A DNA stretch of 64,000 bases, taken from contig RHPI01003330.1 in the NCBI GenBank assembly GCA_009103225.1, positions 672,366-736,365 on the forward strand. Reading direction: 5' to 3'. A program made the translations under genes and the position numbers. The notes beneath the pieces are model-generated. The model was given only the letters and a program-made list of their open reading frames with translations. It searched no databases and was not told the origin of the DNA. How positions within the stretch are numbered: the stretch's first letter is position 1; the number at the start of each line of letters is the position of its first letter. Below, one piece after another: positions 41,918 through 54,627 of the stretch. This stretch comes from Chlorokybus atmophyticus (taxonomy: Eukaryota > Plantae > Mesostigma and Chlorokybus algae).

Positions 41918-42730
41918 ATGCAGACTCGAAGAGCAAGGAAGGCTGCATTGAAGGCCGCTCTCAACGTCAGTCAGGCTCTAGTGTTGGACAACAGCAACTT
42001 GTTGCGAGTCATTTTTAGCACACTGAGCCCAAAGGACTTGGCAATTGCGTGCTGCGTCAACAAGGCATGGAGCCGAACAGCTGTTGAAGCCGAGTCAGGG
42101 CAATACAAGCAGAACTGGCCTTTGCACGAAGGGCTGTTACCTTGCGTACGCGAATGCTACAGCCTGGTCAATAGCCTCCCGCCCGCGTCAAATAGCCATA
42201 CAGGAAGTTGTATGCTCTTCGCCACGCTACGCCTCACCACCAGCACCAACAACAACATTGACAGCCAGCTCCTCCTTGTGCCAGCCGCGCGGGATGTTGC
42301 CGCAGAGAAAACAAGGCCGCTTGTGGGGGATGCGCTTTGTCTGTGGAGGCTCAGACCGTTGAAGTGTGGCAAGCGTTACTACGCAGAGCCAACCAAGACT
42401 GCGCTGGAAGCCTTTGTGCGTGAGACAAAGCTCGAGCTGTTCCTGCTGTCGACTGATGACGGCACGTTGGCTCATGTTCCTGCAGATGGTTACGTTTGCT
42501 GCACGAATTTCGAATCTGATAGCACCAACCCTTTGGTGGCCTTCATGGGGTGGGTCATGCAGCCGCTAGTGGTGACGGGAGCACAGCGGCCCACTTATTA
42601 TTTCTATGCGATGTTTGACAAAGCTGATGATGATGATGCTCTAATGGTATTATCCTATGGGCAGCTGACGATTGATTATGAAACAAACAAAACGCACTGG
42701 AGTCAGCTAGTCACTGCTGATAGACTCTAA
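41918..42730 (+). CDS. F-box-like protein copy B (270 aa, intact) with unassigned C-terminal domain
   Basis: VLDNSNLLRVIFSTLSPKDLAIACCVNKAW fits the F-box pattern L..IF..L...DL....V.K.W. ORF is uninterrupted; 5' intron donor at 41234. Confidence 0.85.
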   Translation: MQTRRARKAALKAALNVSQALVLDNSNLLRVIFSTLSPKDLAIACCVNKAWSRTAVEAESGQYKQNWPLHEGLLPCVRECYSLVNSLPPASNSHTGSCMLFATLRLTTSTNNNIDSQLLLVPAARDVAAEKTRPLVGDALCLWRLRPLKCGKRYYAEPTKTALEAFVRETKLELFLLSTDDGTLAHVPADGYVCCTNFESDSTNPLVAFMGWVMQPLVVTGAQRPTYYFYAMFDKADDDDALMVLSYGQLTIDYETNKTHWSQLVTADRL

Positions 42731-43684
42731 AAGGGCAGCCCATCAATGGCAGTCTTGAAGTTGAACGCACTTATCAAGCTTGTTGATTTGTTTTCATCTA
42801 GGCTTGTTTCATTCACACTGCATGTGCTAAGAAAAACTACCAGATGCATGGTATACATGCATAGGTATGAGTCATGCATATCTCCTTCTGTGGGTAGACA
42901 AGCCACACACAATCCTTTCTCTGCAATACACGTACCTTCACGACGGGTATTGTCCTGTCCAAAACACGAACAGAACACAAGGCCCCACACTGAGCAATGC
43001 TACATGACAACCACAGGGACTGTGCGTACAACCCGCTGGTTGTGCACGTTTCTTACAACATAGCCACAAACTCCAAACCCACACCTCCGCCGCGGACCCT
43101 AACCAGCACTGGAACATGCGTGCGCGCGGGCGCAGCATGCTACAAGCATGAAGGGAGGGGCACTGAGTGGACCTGCCAGATGGAGGGACCCTCGTGAGGG
43201 TGGGATGGGCCGTAATTGACTGAGTGGGACGGGCGGAAGAGGTCGGAGAAGGGGGAGTGTGACAGAGACAACAACAGCGAGGAGAGAGGAGGCAAGGAGA
43301 GAGGGAGGAGGGGAAGGAGGGAGCGAGGCAGAGGCAGAGCAGGAGGGAGGGAGGGACCAAGGGAGGAGGGAGAGGGAGTGGAAGGGGCGCTGTCAATGCT
43401 GCTGCTGCCTGTGCTTGTACCCCGCTGCCTGCTGACTGTTAGACGTCAACCACGCCACTGCGTGCGCGTGATTACATGCATGCATGCCTGTATGCCTAAC
43501 GGGGTTGGGTTAGTAGTGAAGATAGGTAAGTAGTAAATAGGTGAGCAGCCCGGTGAATATCAGCACTTGGTGGTGTGGTGAGCTGCTTGTGTCGCATGTC
43601 TCACGCTCTCATGCATGTCTCACACTCTCATGCATGTCACAACTTAATGCATCGCGATATATATTACACCAACAAGAAAGCACC

Positions 43685-43835
43685 CCTAGCCTACTGCCGA
43701 CTGGCGAACTCGCAATCCTTAGCACAAGTAATACAGAATAGCTTTTCCTCATCAGCCTTCAGCAATGACACCACAGCAGCGCAGATGACACTCACCCCAG
43801 CAGATCAAGCCGCAGCGTGAGGGAAGCGACTCAAA
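43685..43835 (-). pseudogene. Duplicated fragment of the terminal exon of the Rieske oxygenase gene
   Basis: ctagcctactgccgactggcgaactcgc...gccgcagcgtgagggaagcgactc aligns to 51200-51340. Confidence 0.85.
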
Positions 43836-43917
43836 CGCGAGCTGCCATGCAAGTGTGCAAGTCAGGCGGCGGTGGTGGTGGCGCACGCGTGCGTGTGCGG
43901 AGAAAGGGGAAAGCGGG

Positions 43918-43974
43918 GCTCAAGCCAGTCCCAGCTGAGAGGGCAGTCGCCTCTCAGCTGGGACTGGCTTGAGC
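43918..43974. repeat. Perfect hairpin, 25-bp arms, 7-nt loop
   Basis: gctcaagccagtcccagctgagagg-gcagtcg-cctctcagctgggactggcttgagc. Confidence 0.97.
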
Positions 43975-44873
43975 TGGGAGCCATCACTGCCTGCCCCTGT
44001 AGTAGCTGGTAGGTGAGGGCGGCGGCGAGCTGTGCGGGCAGGGCGGCGCTCTCACATAGCCGGCCTTGTTAGTTGTTGGGTGGGCTTCTACACCTGTCGG
44101 CCTCCCTGCCTGCCTCCCTGCCTGGCCTGTCGGTGTGCGGTGCTCTCTCCACTTTGAAAATCAGGTAGGCAGCAATGCCATCAGCCTGGCTGTATGACCG
44201 ACATGCTATACATGCAATGCATAGATAGTTTGTTTAGGGTGTTTTCAGCTGGTAAGCTGTTCAGGGGTGCTTTTAGCTGGTAACATGCATGTGCCAACAC
44301 TCGTGTATGCAACGATCTAGCGAACTGCAGGCCAGGATAACGGTGGTCACGGTTAGTGTTTGGAGTCAGTGTAGTAAGCTGCAGGCTTAGTCTGTGGTCC
44401 CGGCAAAGGTGTAGCGTCAGTGTCACAAGCATGCTGCTGTGTTGCCATTACAGTTGCCAACCACAGCTGTCAACTGTATGACAAGATTGCACTGAATGAA
44501 GCACTTCATGTCCATTGGTGCTGATCGTAAATGGTCGATCAGACCAGTGCCGATCGAACCTGTAGAGAACGGTCTATTCTGACTTGCGAGCTACGACTAT
44601 TGTGTGCAAGCCGTTGCAAGTTCTGTAAAACAGGTGTTCGCTGACTGCGTATCTATATACTTACGTCGGCCCATGCCTGCGCGTATGCTTGTGCACAAAC
44701 ACCCGCACACCTGCTGCGGACATGCGCATGCGCACGCACGTAATCACGAACGCACATACGTGCGTGGGCATACACGCCCGTGCGCACATGCACGCCCACG
44801 TGTGCGCCGCGCGGCACATGTGCACATGCATTTGTGGGTGCAGCTGTGTCACCAGTTTTCTGTTGCACAGGCA

Positions 44874-45659
44874 ATGCAGTCAGGCACTGCAAAGGAGGCT
44901 GTGTGTGATGCCGCCCTCAACATTGAGGGCAAAAGCTGCCAAACTCGTGTTGGACAACACGGACCTGTTGAGTGCCATCTTCAGCACGCTAAGCCCGAAA
45001 GCGCTGGCAATCGCACGCTGCGTCAACAAGGCATGGAGCCGAACAGCTGTTGAAGCCGAGGCTGCGCAGTTCAAACAGAGATGGCCTTCGCATGAAGGGC
45101 TGTAGAGTGCGTGCGCAAATGCCGGCTCTTGAACAGTTTCCGGCGCCAGTTCCACACAGGAAGATGCATGCTCTTTTGCACGCTACGCCTCAACAACGGC
45201 CAGCTCCTCCTTGTGCCATCCGCGCAGGATGTTACCGCACAGAAGAAGAAGTTTCAAAGGCATGCATTGTGTTTGGCTATGCACAAACCGTCGAAATGTT
45301 GCAAGAGTCATTGCATTGATCCCACGAGGGCCGCGCTCGAAGCCTTTATACGCGAGACAAAGGTTGAGCTGTTCTTGCTGAGGACTGACGCCACGTTGGG
45401 GCGTGTCTCTGCACAAGTTAATGCAAACTACAATGTGTTGGCAACTGAAGTGAGCGAGCAAAGTTGGATGATGAAGGCGCCGGCCTATGCGTCGTGGATG
45501 ATTGACCCGCTGGTTGGAGAGAACTGCTGGGAGCCCGGCTTCCATTTCCGTGTATGGACTAACAAAGACATCATGCTGTGCCAAGGGGAGCTCTGGAATT
45601 ATTCTTGGCCAAGCAGGACACACTGGACTGAGCTGGTCATTGCTGATAGCGACGTATGA
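44874..45659 (+). pseudogene. F-box-like family copy C, frameshifted
   Basis: ATG 44874 is out of frame with LVLDNTDLLSAIFSTLSPKALAIARCVNKAW; that frame stops at TAG 45103; the C-terminal domain continues in another frame to ...HWTELVIADSDV*. Confidence 0.8.
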
Positions 45660-46129
45660 ATGCAGCAGTGCCTGCTAACCTCAGTCTGCATGCCATTCGC
45701 AAGGTAGAAATATGGTAAAGCTACGCATGTTGGCAGACATTGCCCTGGCGCGTTATACTGCACGCGGACGGGATGCGCGGCAATGTACTCTTGCACAGGG
45801 CTGGACATGTGGAGCTGTGCTTTTATCTCTTGCTGCTCTGGTGGTCTGATGCTGTGAGTGAGAGTATGTTGGAGACGGCGTGGTGTGATGGAAACAGTAT
45901 GTGGTTTGAGGTTCACATCTGTATCGAAGTGTCCCTTGGCTTGATTGGTCTAGGTGTGTGTACATAAATCTCCAAGACTATTCTACACATGCAATGAATG
46001 CATTAAACACGTTGAACATGTCCAGCAGCAGCCAATCAGCTCACCATTGTGCTGGGAGAAGTAACCACTTGAGATCATGGTATGCTGTTGTTGTCATGAC
46101 TAGCGACGATTGGTTTACAGCTTGCTAAA

Positions 46130-46373
46130 GTTGACAAACAGCGTGCACTAGCTGCGCACGCGTCCCAATCATTTGCGCGCAGGCCATCTTTGCTTGAATC
46201 ATGTGGCCTTGGCTTTCATGGAGAGACTCTATGTCTTACTAAAGCAACGCATGACAACCACGTCCTTTGCAGAGAGTGTGCTGACGATGGCGTGCGTGAT
46301 GCCAATGCTGTCCAATGTGTGGGAAGCAAAAGCCAGCGCGGGAAGGCTTGCCGGCTGCACTCTGAGTCTGCAT
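46130..46373 (-). pseudogene. F-box-like family copy F, heavily decayed A-type copy
   Basis: MQTQSAA...TLDSIGITHAIVSTLSAKDVVVMRCFSKT*...FKQRWPARK*; upstream 46420-46490 matches copy A upstream 40275-40350. Confidence 0.75.
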
Positions 46374-46545
46374 TGCTGCAAGCACACAATATGTGACATA
46401 TCCGACAACGCACCACACGGCACAGATACGCCAAGCTGGCTCCTTCACATCAGCAGCTCATGCAGCTGTTGTTGCACATGTGTGCTTTGCTTGGTAAGCG
46501 AATCTGCAGTACAGGTTAATTCACTCAGAATGCACGAAGCGCAGT

Positions 46546-46675
46546 GCTCAGCGATGTTGCTATGGACTATGTTCTCACAAGCTTAGCAACCACCAGACAG
46601 ATGCACACCGCTCAGCGATGTTGCTATGGACTATGTTCTCACAAGCTTAGCAACCACCAGACAGATGCACACCGC
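46546..46675. repeat. Exact 64-bp tandem duplication
   Basis: gctcagcgatgttgctatgg...gacagatgcacacc occurs at 46546 and 46610. Confidence 0.95.
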
Positions 46676-48304
46676 AATGCAGCAGACACATGCCCGCGCC
46701 CGTGTGGGCATGTGATGAACTTTGGCATGCTTGTTGTATGACCAACGGGGCCGGCTAAGGCTACGTATAGTGTATACTAACAAAGCTATTAGCCCGGTGG
46801 TTTAAACTGTGTGGCTAGGCATGCTATGAGTGTGAATGCGGTGCATGTCACTTGCTTGTTGTGAGCACACTATACCGGCACAGCAGCATACCCCATACAC
46901 AAGATTGATTCTGCCGCCCGTTGAGGGTGCCAGCTTGGAACCATGTTTCGGAATAGATATTGTCGCTTCAATGCGGAAGTGGAAATCGCGCATGGTACTC
47001 AATATCACAATTACGGGCAGCCACAACTTAGGGGTTAGTGGCACAGTTTGCGGTGCGCAGCAAGCACTTGAAGTACGCGTCCCATCAATCCCACGGAACC
47101 CGCTAATATCGAAGTAGCATGGCCGGATGGGACGACCATGTCTAATCTTGTTGACCACTTGCATGCGTTAAGCATCAAATGCCCGTCAGCTGAAAACGCG
47201 GAATCCATCCATGATTTGTGAATGTATTTTGCAAGCGCAGGTTGGTCACATTTTTACGCGCTCAAGCCCCCGCCATCATAGCGCTAGCTGCAGTGCATGC
47301 AGGCGCCTTCTTGCGCGTGCACTATAGGCAGCACATAGTCTTTACCGATACTGCTTGTGTACTACAACCCGTAGTACAGCTTACTGTATGATTATGTCGT
47401 GGAGTAAGCAAATGTCTTTAATCACAACGGCCAATTGGCACCAATACCCATGTAATATAATATTTCAAACCTTACATATGTTGAAGTTGAAAGGGAAGAA
47501 AGGTGCCAAGGTTCAAGCCTGGCTATAGCGCAGCCGCAAGAGCAAACAAGCTTAGGGGTGCGCGCATCTTGTCATAGCAGAGCATGCATGGTACATGACA
47601 TCAGTTTGCATTCAGTGGACCATCGGGCTACTCTACCATGCTTCCCTGCTGCCTCTGCCCCGTTAGACATGCGGTAGTCATCATGCAGTTGTAATCACCT
47701 GCCCACACGGGCGCTGGTTAGTTGCTGGTGTTGTTGGTCAGGCAGTCAGCACGAACTGATGTGTGCCTACTTCATTGCATATCATGTGCTAATCTTGCAT
47801 TTTGTGTACACAACGACTTGAAAATTGCCACCATTGCCACCGCCGCTGCCATCCACATCACACAATGTCGCCATCGACTTTTCCTGTTTCAATCATCTTG
47901 CATGGGTTGCATATACTAGACTTCTGGAACCCAACCAGCCTCGCTAGCACGTGTTGGGTGAACTCAAGGAGTGTTACTCAAGGGGGGGAAAACAAAACGA
48001 ATGACAAATCCATCCTGCCCTGCAAGCCTGCGAGCCAAGTCAGGCGGCGGTGGAGACGGTGGTGGCGGCATACGTGGTGGCATGTGTCTCAAGCATTGGC
48101 AACTTGCTTCTTCCTCTGGCCTGGGCTCAGGGAGGCTTCAAGGGTAGGTAACTGACGGCGAGCGTTAGTATGGCAGGGCGGAGTTCTCACATAGCCGGCA
48201 GCAGTGGGCCAGCTTTGCTAGTTGTTGTTGGATGGGCTTGTCTTGCCTGCCTGCGTGCCTGCATTTATGCATGCCTGACCACATGCTTGCAAGCTGTGGC
48301 CGCT

Positions 48305-49937
48305 ATGTGTGCGGTTCTCTCCCCAGCTCGAGAAGAACAGGTAGGCAACAATGCCATCAGCTGGCTGTTTGACCAACATACCACATGTGCAATGCACACA
48401 TGGTTTAATGTGGGGTGTTTAGCTGGTAACTTGCATATGCCAAAGTCAACACTTCAGAATGCCAGTCTAGCTAAAAATGCAGGCCAGCAAGGATAATAGC
48501 AATGGTCACATTGTATGATGACAGTGACTAGTAACAAGCTGGGTGGTCTGAGGTGCTGGCAAGTGCTGTAGCTTCGCTTGTCACAAGTCAGTTCTAGCGT
48601 GCTGCATACGGGTTTGTTGGCCAACATAGCTGTCCAAGTCGCGACAGTTGCATAGCTCATCAGACAGGAAAGTGCATTCAACGAAGCACTCCATGTCACC
48701 TGCCATGCTAATCCATGCTGATTGTAGATGGTAGACCAGGCTAGTGCGGTTGAATCCTGTAGGGAATGGTCTGGTATAACAGCTTGCAAGCTGCAATTGA
48801 CGTGTGCAAGCCGTTGCAAGCTTCAGCTCTGAGGATTATGTTCACTGACTGCGTAGCACATGCCGGCCCGTATGCTCGCGCACAGCCGCCCACACACGTG
48901 CTTGTGCACAGATATGCACGTGTGCATGAACATGTGTGCATATGCTTATGCGTGCATGCACATGTGGGCTTGCAAAAGCATGCACACATGCATAGAGCAC
49001 CCGCAGTAGCATGCACGCACTCGCTTGCAAACCACAGCGAGCGCAGCAGGCAAGCACAGAGCAGCGGGGGGGTTATGCATGTGTGTTGGTATCTGTGTTT
49101 GAAATGTCCATTGTGATGCAACTGTAGGCGGCGATTCTGCACACCCGCGATGCTGCATGGGATGCCTTTCTCAACACTAAGGACCCATGCTGCCAGGCTC
49201 GTGTGTTGCACAACACCGACCTGTTGCGTGCCATCTTCAGCACGCTGAACCCGAAAGATTTGGCAATTGTGCGCTGCGTCAATAAAGAATGGAGCCAAAC
49301 AGCTATCGAAGTCGAGGCCGTGCAGTTTGAACAGAGATGGCCTTCACACAAAGGGTTGTTGGAGCCTGTGCGCGAGTGCTACAGCCTGTTCAACAGCCTC
49401 CCACCCTCAAACAGTACCAAAGGAAGATGCTTGACTTTCTGCACGCTGCGCCTTGAAATCGACAACAGCAGCCAGCTCCTCCTTGTGCCAGCCGCACGGG
49501 ATGTTGCAGCACGAACGACAAGGAAGCTTGTAGGGGATGCCTTCTGTGTTTATATGCGCACTCCGTTGAAGTGTAGCAAGCGTTACTATGCAGAGCCAAC
49601 GAGGGCCGCGCTTGAAGCCTTTGCGCGTAAGACAAAGCTCGAGCTGTTTCTGCTGAGGTTTGATTACGGCATGCTGGCGTATATTGCTGCAGATGTTGGC
49701 GTCACTTGCATGCAAGTGCCACCTGAAGGCAGCAGCAAATGGGTGGCCTGCATACGGTGGGTCATTCACCCGCTGGTTGTGACAGGAGCACCGCGGCCCA
49801 CCTATCGTTGCTCTGTGTGGTTTGACAAAGATGATGGTGATGGTGCTATGATGATGCTATCTGATGGGCAGCTGACGGTTGAAAATTGCAGAAGCAGAAC
49901 GCACTGGAGTCAGCTGGTCACTGCTGATAATTTTTGA
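48305..49937 (+). CDS. F-box-like protein copy D (apparently intact, exons 48305-48340 and 49128-49937)
   Basis: Exon 1 MCAVLSPAREEQ ends in phase 0 at cag|gtaggc and joins ctgtag|gcggcg in frame to VLHNTDLLRAIFSTLNPKDLAIVRCVNKEW...HWSQLVTADNF*. An upstream in-frame ATG is also present at 48170. Confidence 0.8.
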
Positions 49938-50329
49938 AAGAGCAGCAGTCACCAGCTATGGCACAACACAGCATGGCATGCCTTGTGTAAGCTATGGCAT
50001 ATCTTCTCTTATACACAAGCTGAATGAAACTTATTTTTTAGAGAGAAGTCATAGCTGCATATGCATACGCACCTCATTTTATGCACACAGTGCGTGATTG
50101 TCCACATTCTCATCGCATGATTTGTACACTGCCCGGTGGTCATGATAGATGTGAGTGTGGTTATGGTTAAGTGTCTATGCATGTGTCGTGCATGTTGCAT
50201 ACATCACGTGCATATTCTGTACACTGTAACGCTAGTCTCAATGCAAGTCTAATCCACAGCATACGTTACAGGACAACCAGGGACCACGCACAACCCGCTG
50301 TTTTCCACAACTCCTATGGCAACAAGAAG

Positions 50330-50430
50330 CACCTAGCTTACTGAACGGTGAAATTGCAGTTCTTAACAGCTGTTAGTGTACGAGCCGTAAAACTTCTCCT
50401 CGTCGGCCTTGACAAACTACACCACAAATG
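50330..50430 (-). pseudogene. Second, more decayed copy of the Rieske gene terminal-exon end
   Basis: cacctagcttactgaacggtgaaattgc...gtaaaacttctcctcgtcggccttg aligns to 51198-51275. Confidence 0.7.
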
Positions 50431-51204
50431 ATTGCAAGCTTATGTCGGTAACAAGCGCGCTAGCAGACTTTGCGTACTGCGGAGCATTGCTTGAATTGCA
50501 GGTGCATGGACGTGATTTGGACGTCAGAATTATCCTGCCAAGAGCATATGATTGCGGGATCAAACAATAGGTTCTTAGCGAATTGTACAAGGGGAGAGGT
50601 ATGGCATGTGCGGTGTGCGTGGTGCAACATATCTGTAAGGTGTGTACAAAAATGGGAGTGCTGACTAGACCGCATGCAAGGGGTCATAATGTGCATGTGG
50701 TACGCTAGTGGCAAATGTGTGGTGGGTTTACAACAACAATCTCATTGCCAAGGGCATATCAGATGCAAACAAAGGAGGTTGGAAAGTTATGGTAGCTATG
50801 ACAATCCAAACTGCTAGCCCTATCACCAATGATGGTCATGGACAGCGCTGCTGTTGATGACCATCATGTTGGCGATGTGTATGGCATGAGACAATGCTCA
50901 TATATGACAACCATTACGACCATCTGAAGCTCATGTGCAGCTGCACTGCAACTTCTGCGTGATGAAGTGTTTAATATGCAATTTGTAGGGGGCATACAAG
51001 TTGGTGGCCACGTGAGCGTAACTTTCATGTGGGTGGGCAAGGCACATGTCACCTTACAAAAGGTACTCACACATCACAATCCTGGTAGTAGCACATACAA
51101 TGCACAAGGCCACAACGAAACTATTTTACAATCAGCAGGAAATGGTGCACCCAACCTGCTGTGTATTTACTGAATATAAGACAGCCACAGCACCACCACC
51201 TAGC

Positions 51205-54200
51205 TTACTGCCGGATGGCGAACTCGCGGTCCTTTGTGTACCAGTAGTAAAACTTCTCCTCATTAGCCTTCAAGAACCACACCACCACAGCACAGACGAT
51301 ACTCAGCCCAGCCCAGGCCGCAGCGTGAGGGAAGAGACTCGCCACTCCCGCGAGGGGCTTGCCGGCCACGGCCTGGATGGTGATCAGGGCTGCGGACACT
51401 GCCGCTCCCAGCACTGCCGCCACGGAGAACCCTTTCCTCGCAAATGTAACGCCCTTGACGGCTTTGCTGCATGAAGCACAGTGAACCGTGTGCTGCGCGA
51501 ATCTGTCTAACAGCAGATGCCTGCAGACAGGGAGCTGTCAGTTCTCCCAGTACACCCACTGGTAGCAGTATTTACACTTGTATGCCTGCTTCAGTACATG
51601 TACTATACAAAGCACTGACTATTCCTTATGTAGGCTTACAAAAACTGGTTGCAACTCCCGCTTGTACTCATGTACTGAGTTGCAAGATTACTGCAACTAT
51701 TACTTGTACTCATACCTTTGATACGAAACTCAACACGGTAATGCAAGGTACAATTACAGAATGTTCTCATACCTGTTGGCTTCAGGGCTGCCGAGGTCGG
51801 TGGTGGGACGGATGCCTGGTTTGAGTGCTTCGAAGAAGCGTTTGCGGGCGGCAGCATTGGGGATGGAGGGCAATGCGCGGTCGAGCCACTTGCGGTACTC
51901 AATGACAAAACGATCGGAGGTCGTCGGCATGTAGTATGCTTTACGCCAGGAGTTGCCCTGAGAGAACGTGCAATGGCTCAACACTACTGGATAAATCACA
52001 TCTAAGCTGTGCACGACCTTTGCACGCACAGCAAAAGTGTGCCAACATGAGTAAGTGCTCACCTCGTGAGCTGCCAATCCTTCAAGCTCGCACTGTGTAT
52101 GAAGATACATCAAATCCTGCACAAAAACAAATTGTTCAACTCAAATTGTTCAACTCAAATTGTTCATAAGCCCATGCAACCAACATTGAACCCTTCCTGG
52201 ACTTACCTGATCCATGATGAGGTTCAGGCCCTGGTGAACCATCCACTCAGGGGCGACGCGAGCGAACCTTGCAAAGTTGCGCGTTGATCGCACATACGCA
52301 CGACTCTTGCCGACGCCCACTGGCACGCAATACACGAACAGGCCAATGCGCTTGTCTCCCATGCTCGTCCTACACACAACATCAGTCAGCAACTGTCACA
52401 CAGGGCACTCTCACCTAAACTAACAACAGACAACCGACACTTACAGGTTGTAGTAAAGGCAAGGTGGCTCGAAGGAGACACGCGTGTTGCGATCAGCACT
52501 GCCCTTGTTGGAAGCAAACACACCCGTGACTCCACTCAAGCCTGTCGGGTCAGTGGCAGGCAGAATTTCTAGATCCAGCGGCCTCGCCGTCTTGCGGTTG
52601 CCGAAGGTGTTGTGGTGCGCAAACGGCACATGCGCCTGACAGGGCAGAGCGTCAGCACGCAAAGCTGGCATTCATGCGTGCATGTCTGTGCACATGTGAT
52701 AGCATTTGCGAATTTGCGCGCGTGTGGGTGTGGGGGGGCGGGCGTGAAGAGCATGCGTCCCGCCAGCGTGTGAGGATAAACGCATGTATATGTGCGCAAG
52801 ACACATGTGTGTGTGCGTGCGCGCAACTGTGTGTGCCGTTGATTGCGAGTCAAGCATGCTTACAGGGTCCATGAGGTTCTCCACCAGGATGGTATAGTCA
52901 TATGGCAGGTCCCGAACGTAGTCAATGGAGACAACATCCTCCTTGTCAAGCTCCTCGATCAACACAGCCTTTGCAGGGTCTGCCTTGTCAGACGGCCCCG
53001 GCCATATCCACACCATGCCCTGCTTCTCCATAGTAGGAATGGACTTTGCGCACCCCCTTGAAGACAAGCTCTTCATGCCCCCACTCTCCACCTCTGACTT
53101 GGGCATCTGTCGAAAAACAAGATAGTATATCTCTTACTCGTGGCAGCAACAGATGCACACTAACGTGTATAAACCAACCCGCCTGCCCCNNNNNNNNNNN
53201 NNNNNNNNNNNNNNNCCCCCCCCCTTCCCTCATACGCGCACATGCACAAGAAGACTCTAACAACATCAACTTACTTGAGGGATGTGTGTAACTTGTCCAT
53301 TCTTTCCATCAAACTCCCAGCCATGATAAGGGCACTGTATCTGACCGTCATCCGTCACGCGGCCCTCCGACAGAGGAGCAAGGCGGTGGGGACATCTGTC
53401 CTCCACGCACATGAACTCTCCTCGCTTGCCATCATAGAACAGCGCATACTGCACAAGAAGAGTGTTTATGAAGAGTGTTTATGTTGCGTGAAAGTGAAAG
53501 TGAAAGAATGCAGCAACCGGAATTATACATAAAGTGTCAGCTGTGAAGAAGCCTTACCTGAACATCGAACATGGTCACGGCCAGTGGTCGCTTCTTGTCA
53601 AAGTCCCTCGCAAAAGCCACTGGATACCTACAACATGTTAAACATATTAGCTATAACACACTGGACAACCACTATTGCACTACTACATGCTGACGGTGAG
53701 CATATGTCAATCACACTGAACCACAACTCACCATTGTTCATTCCAGTGGTACGAAACACCCGCATGGTGTCCAGCAGCTGAAGTTTGCGGCTCGTGGGTC
53801 TGCTGGTAGATAGAACAAAAGTGTAAGCATGAATACTGTTTTGGCACATCAACGATTACCCAAAGCATGCGTAAGGACTTACAGTTGCTGACTCTGCTCT
53901 CAGCGATGGAAGGTCCTCCATCCGAGATGAAGTGCTGGTCTGCAAGAACCAAGGGCAGATTGTGCATGTGCATGCAGAGTAAATCAGATTTTAGTGCGAA
54001 GTAGAGAGCACATACACGGCAACAAGCAGTTACACCTTCAAACAAACGATGCCACAAACCACATACATGTAAGAATGTGCACCCAGCTGGATTCGACCAG
54101 CATGCCAACTCGTGCCAAATTATTGCGAACTTTCGCTGTACGCAAGTTTACGTAACGAGTTGAAATTGACTCGCTACCCAACTACACACACCCTGTGACC

Positions 54201-54627
54201 CCGAACGACATAAACAAGCAAGAAACCAAAGGCGAGAACCACGAAGAGATTGCATGCAACCACCGCCGAAAGCTTAACCATGTTGTTGTTTGTACAACTA
54301 GGAACAAACAACTCTCTCCCAACCAACTTTGACTCGACATGCCAGAAGCAAGCATACCTCAACGTACTCGGCCCTGACATCACTCCTGCCAGCAGTAGAC
54401 GCTCCGCACGCATCCGCACCCTCGCGCCGGCTGCGTCGCCTGGACAGACTCTCCCCCTGACCTATCAGCAGCACTCTCCGCTGGGCAGACAGTCTCGCCT
54501 CACCTCCTTGACGCTGATGAGCCCGGCGACAACCAGCCGCAGGAGACGCTGAGAGGCGGAGTAGAGGTGCGGCAACGGAGGAAGCAGCTGCAACAGGACC
54601 ACTAGCAACGCCGGCCATTAACGCCAT
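51205..54627 (-). CDS. Plastid Rieske non-heme iron oxygenase of the PAO/TIC55/PTC52 family, ~11-12 exons
   Basis: Transit peptide; WNEQWYPVAF; Rieske motifs EDRCPHRLAPLSEG and IQCPYHGWEFDG; mononuclear Fe motif ENLMDP|AHVPFAHH; YYMPTTSDRFVIEYRKWL; C-terminal hydrophobic helices. Confidence 0.92.
53190..53215. other. Assembly gap (26 N) in an intron of the Rieske gene
   Basis: N run within a C-rich tract. Confidence 0.98.

Noticed and set aside
41552-42018. Cys/His/Val-rich ORFs (also at 36620-37154, 44604-44892, 48741-49298)
   Set aside because: Translations of intronic alternating purine-pyrimidine tracts, not metal-binding proteins.
46546-46675. CRISPR-like or functional array
   Set aside because: Only two adjacent identical units with no spacers, in a eukaryotic context.
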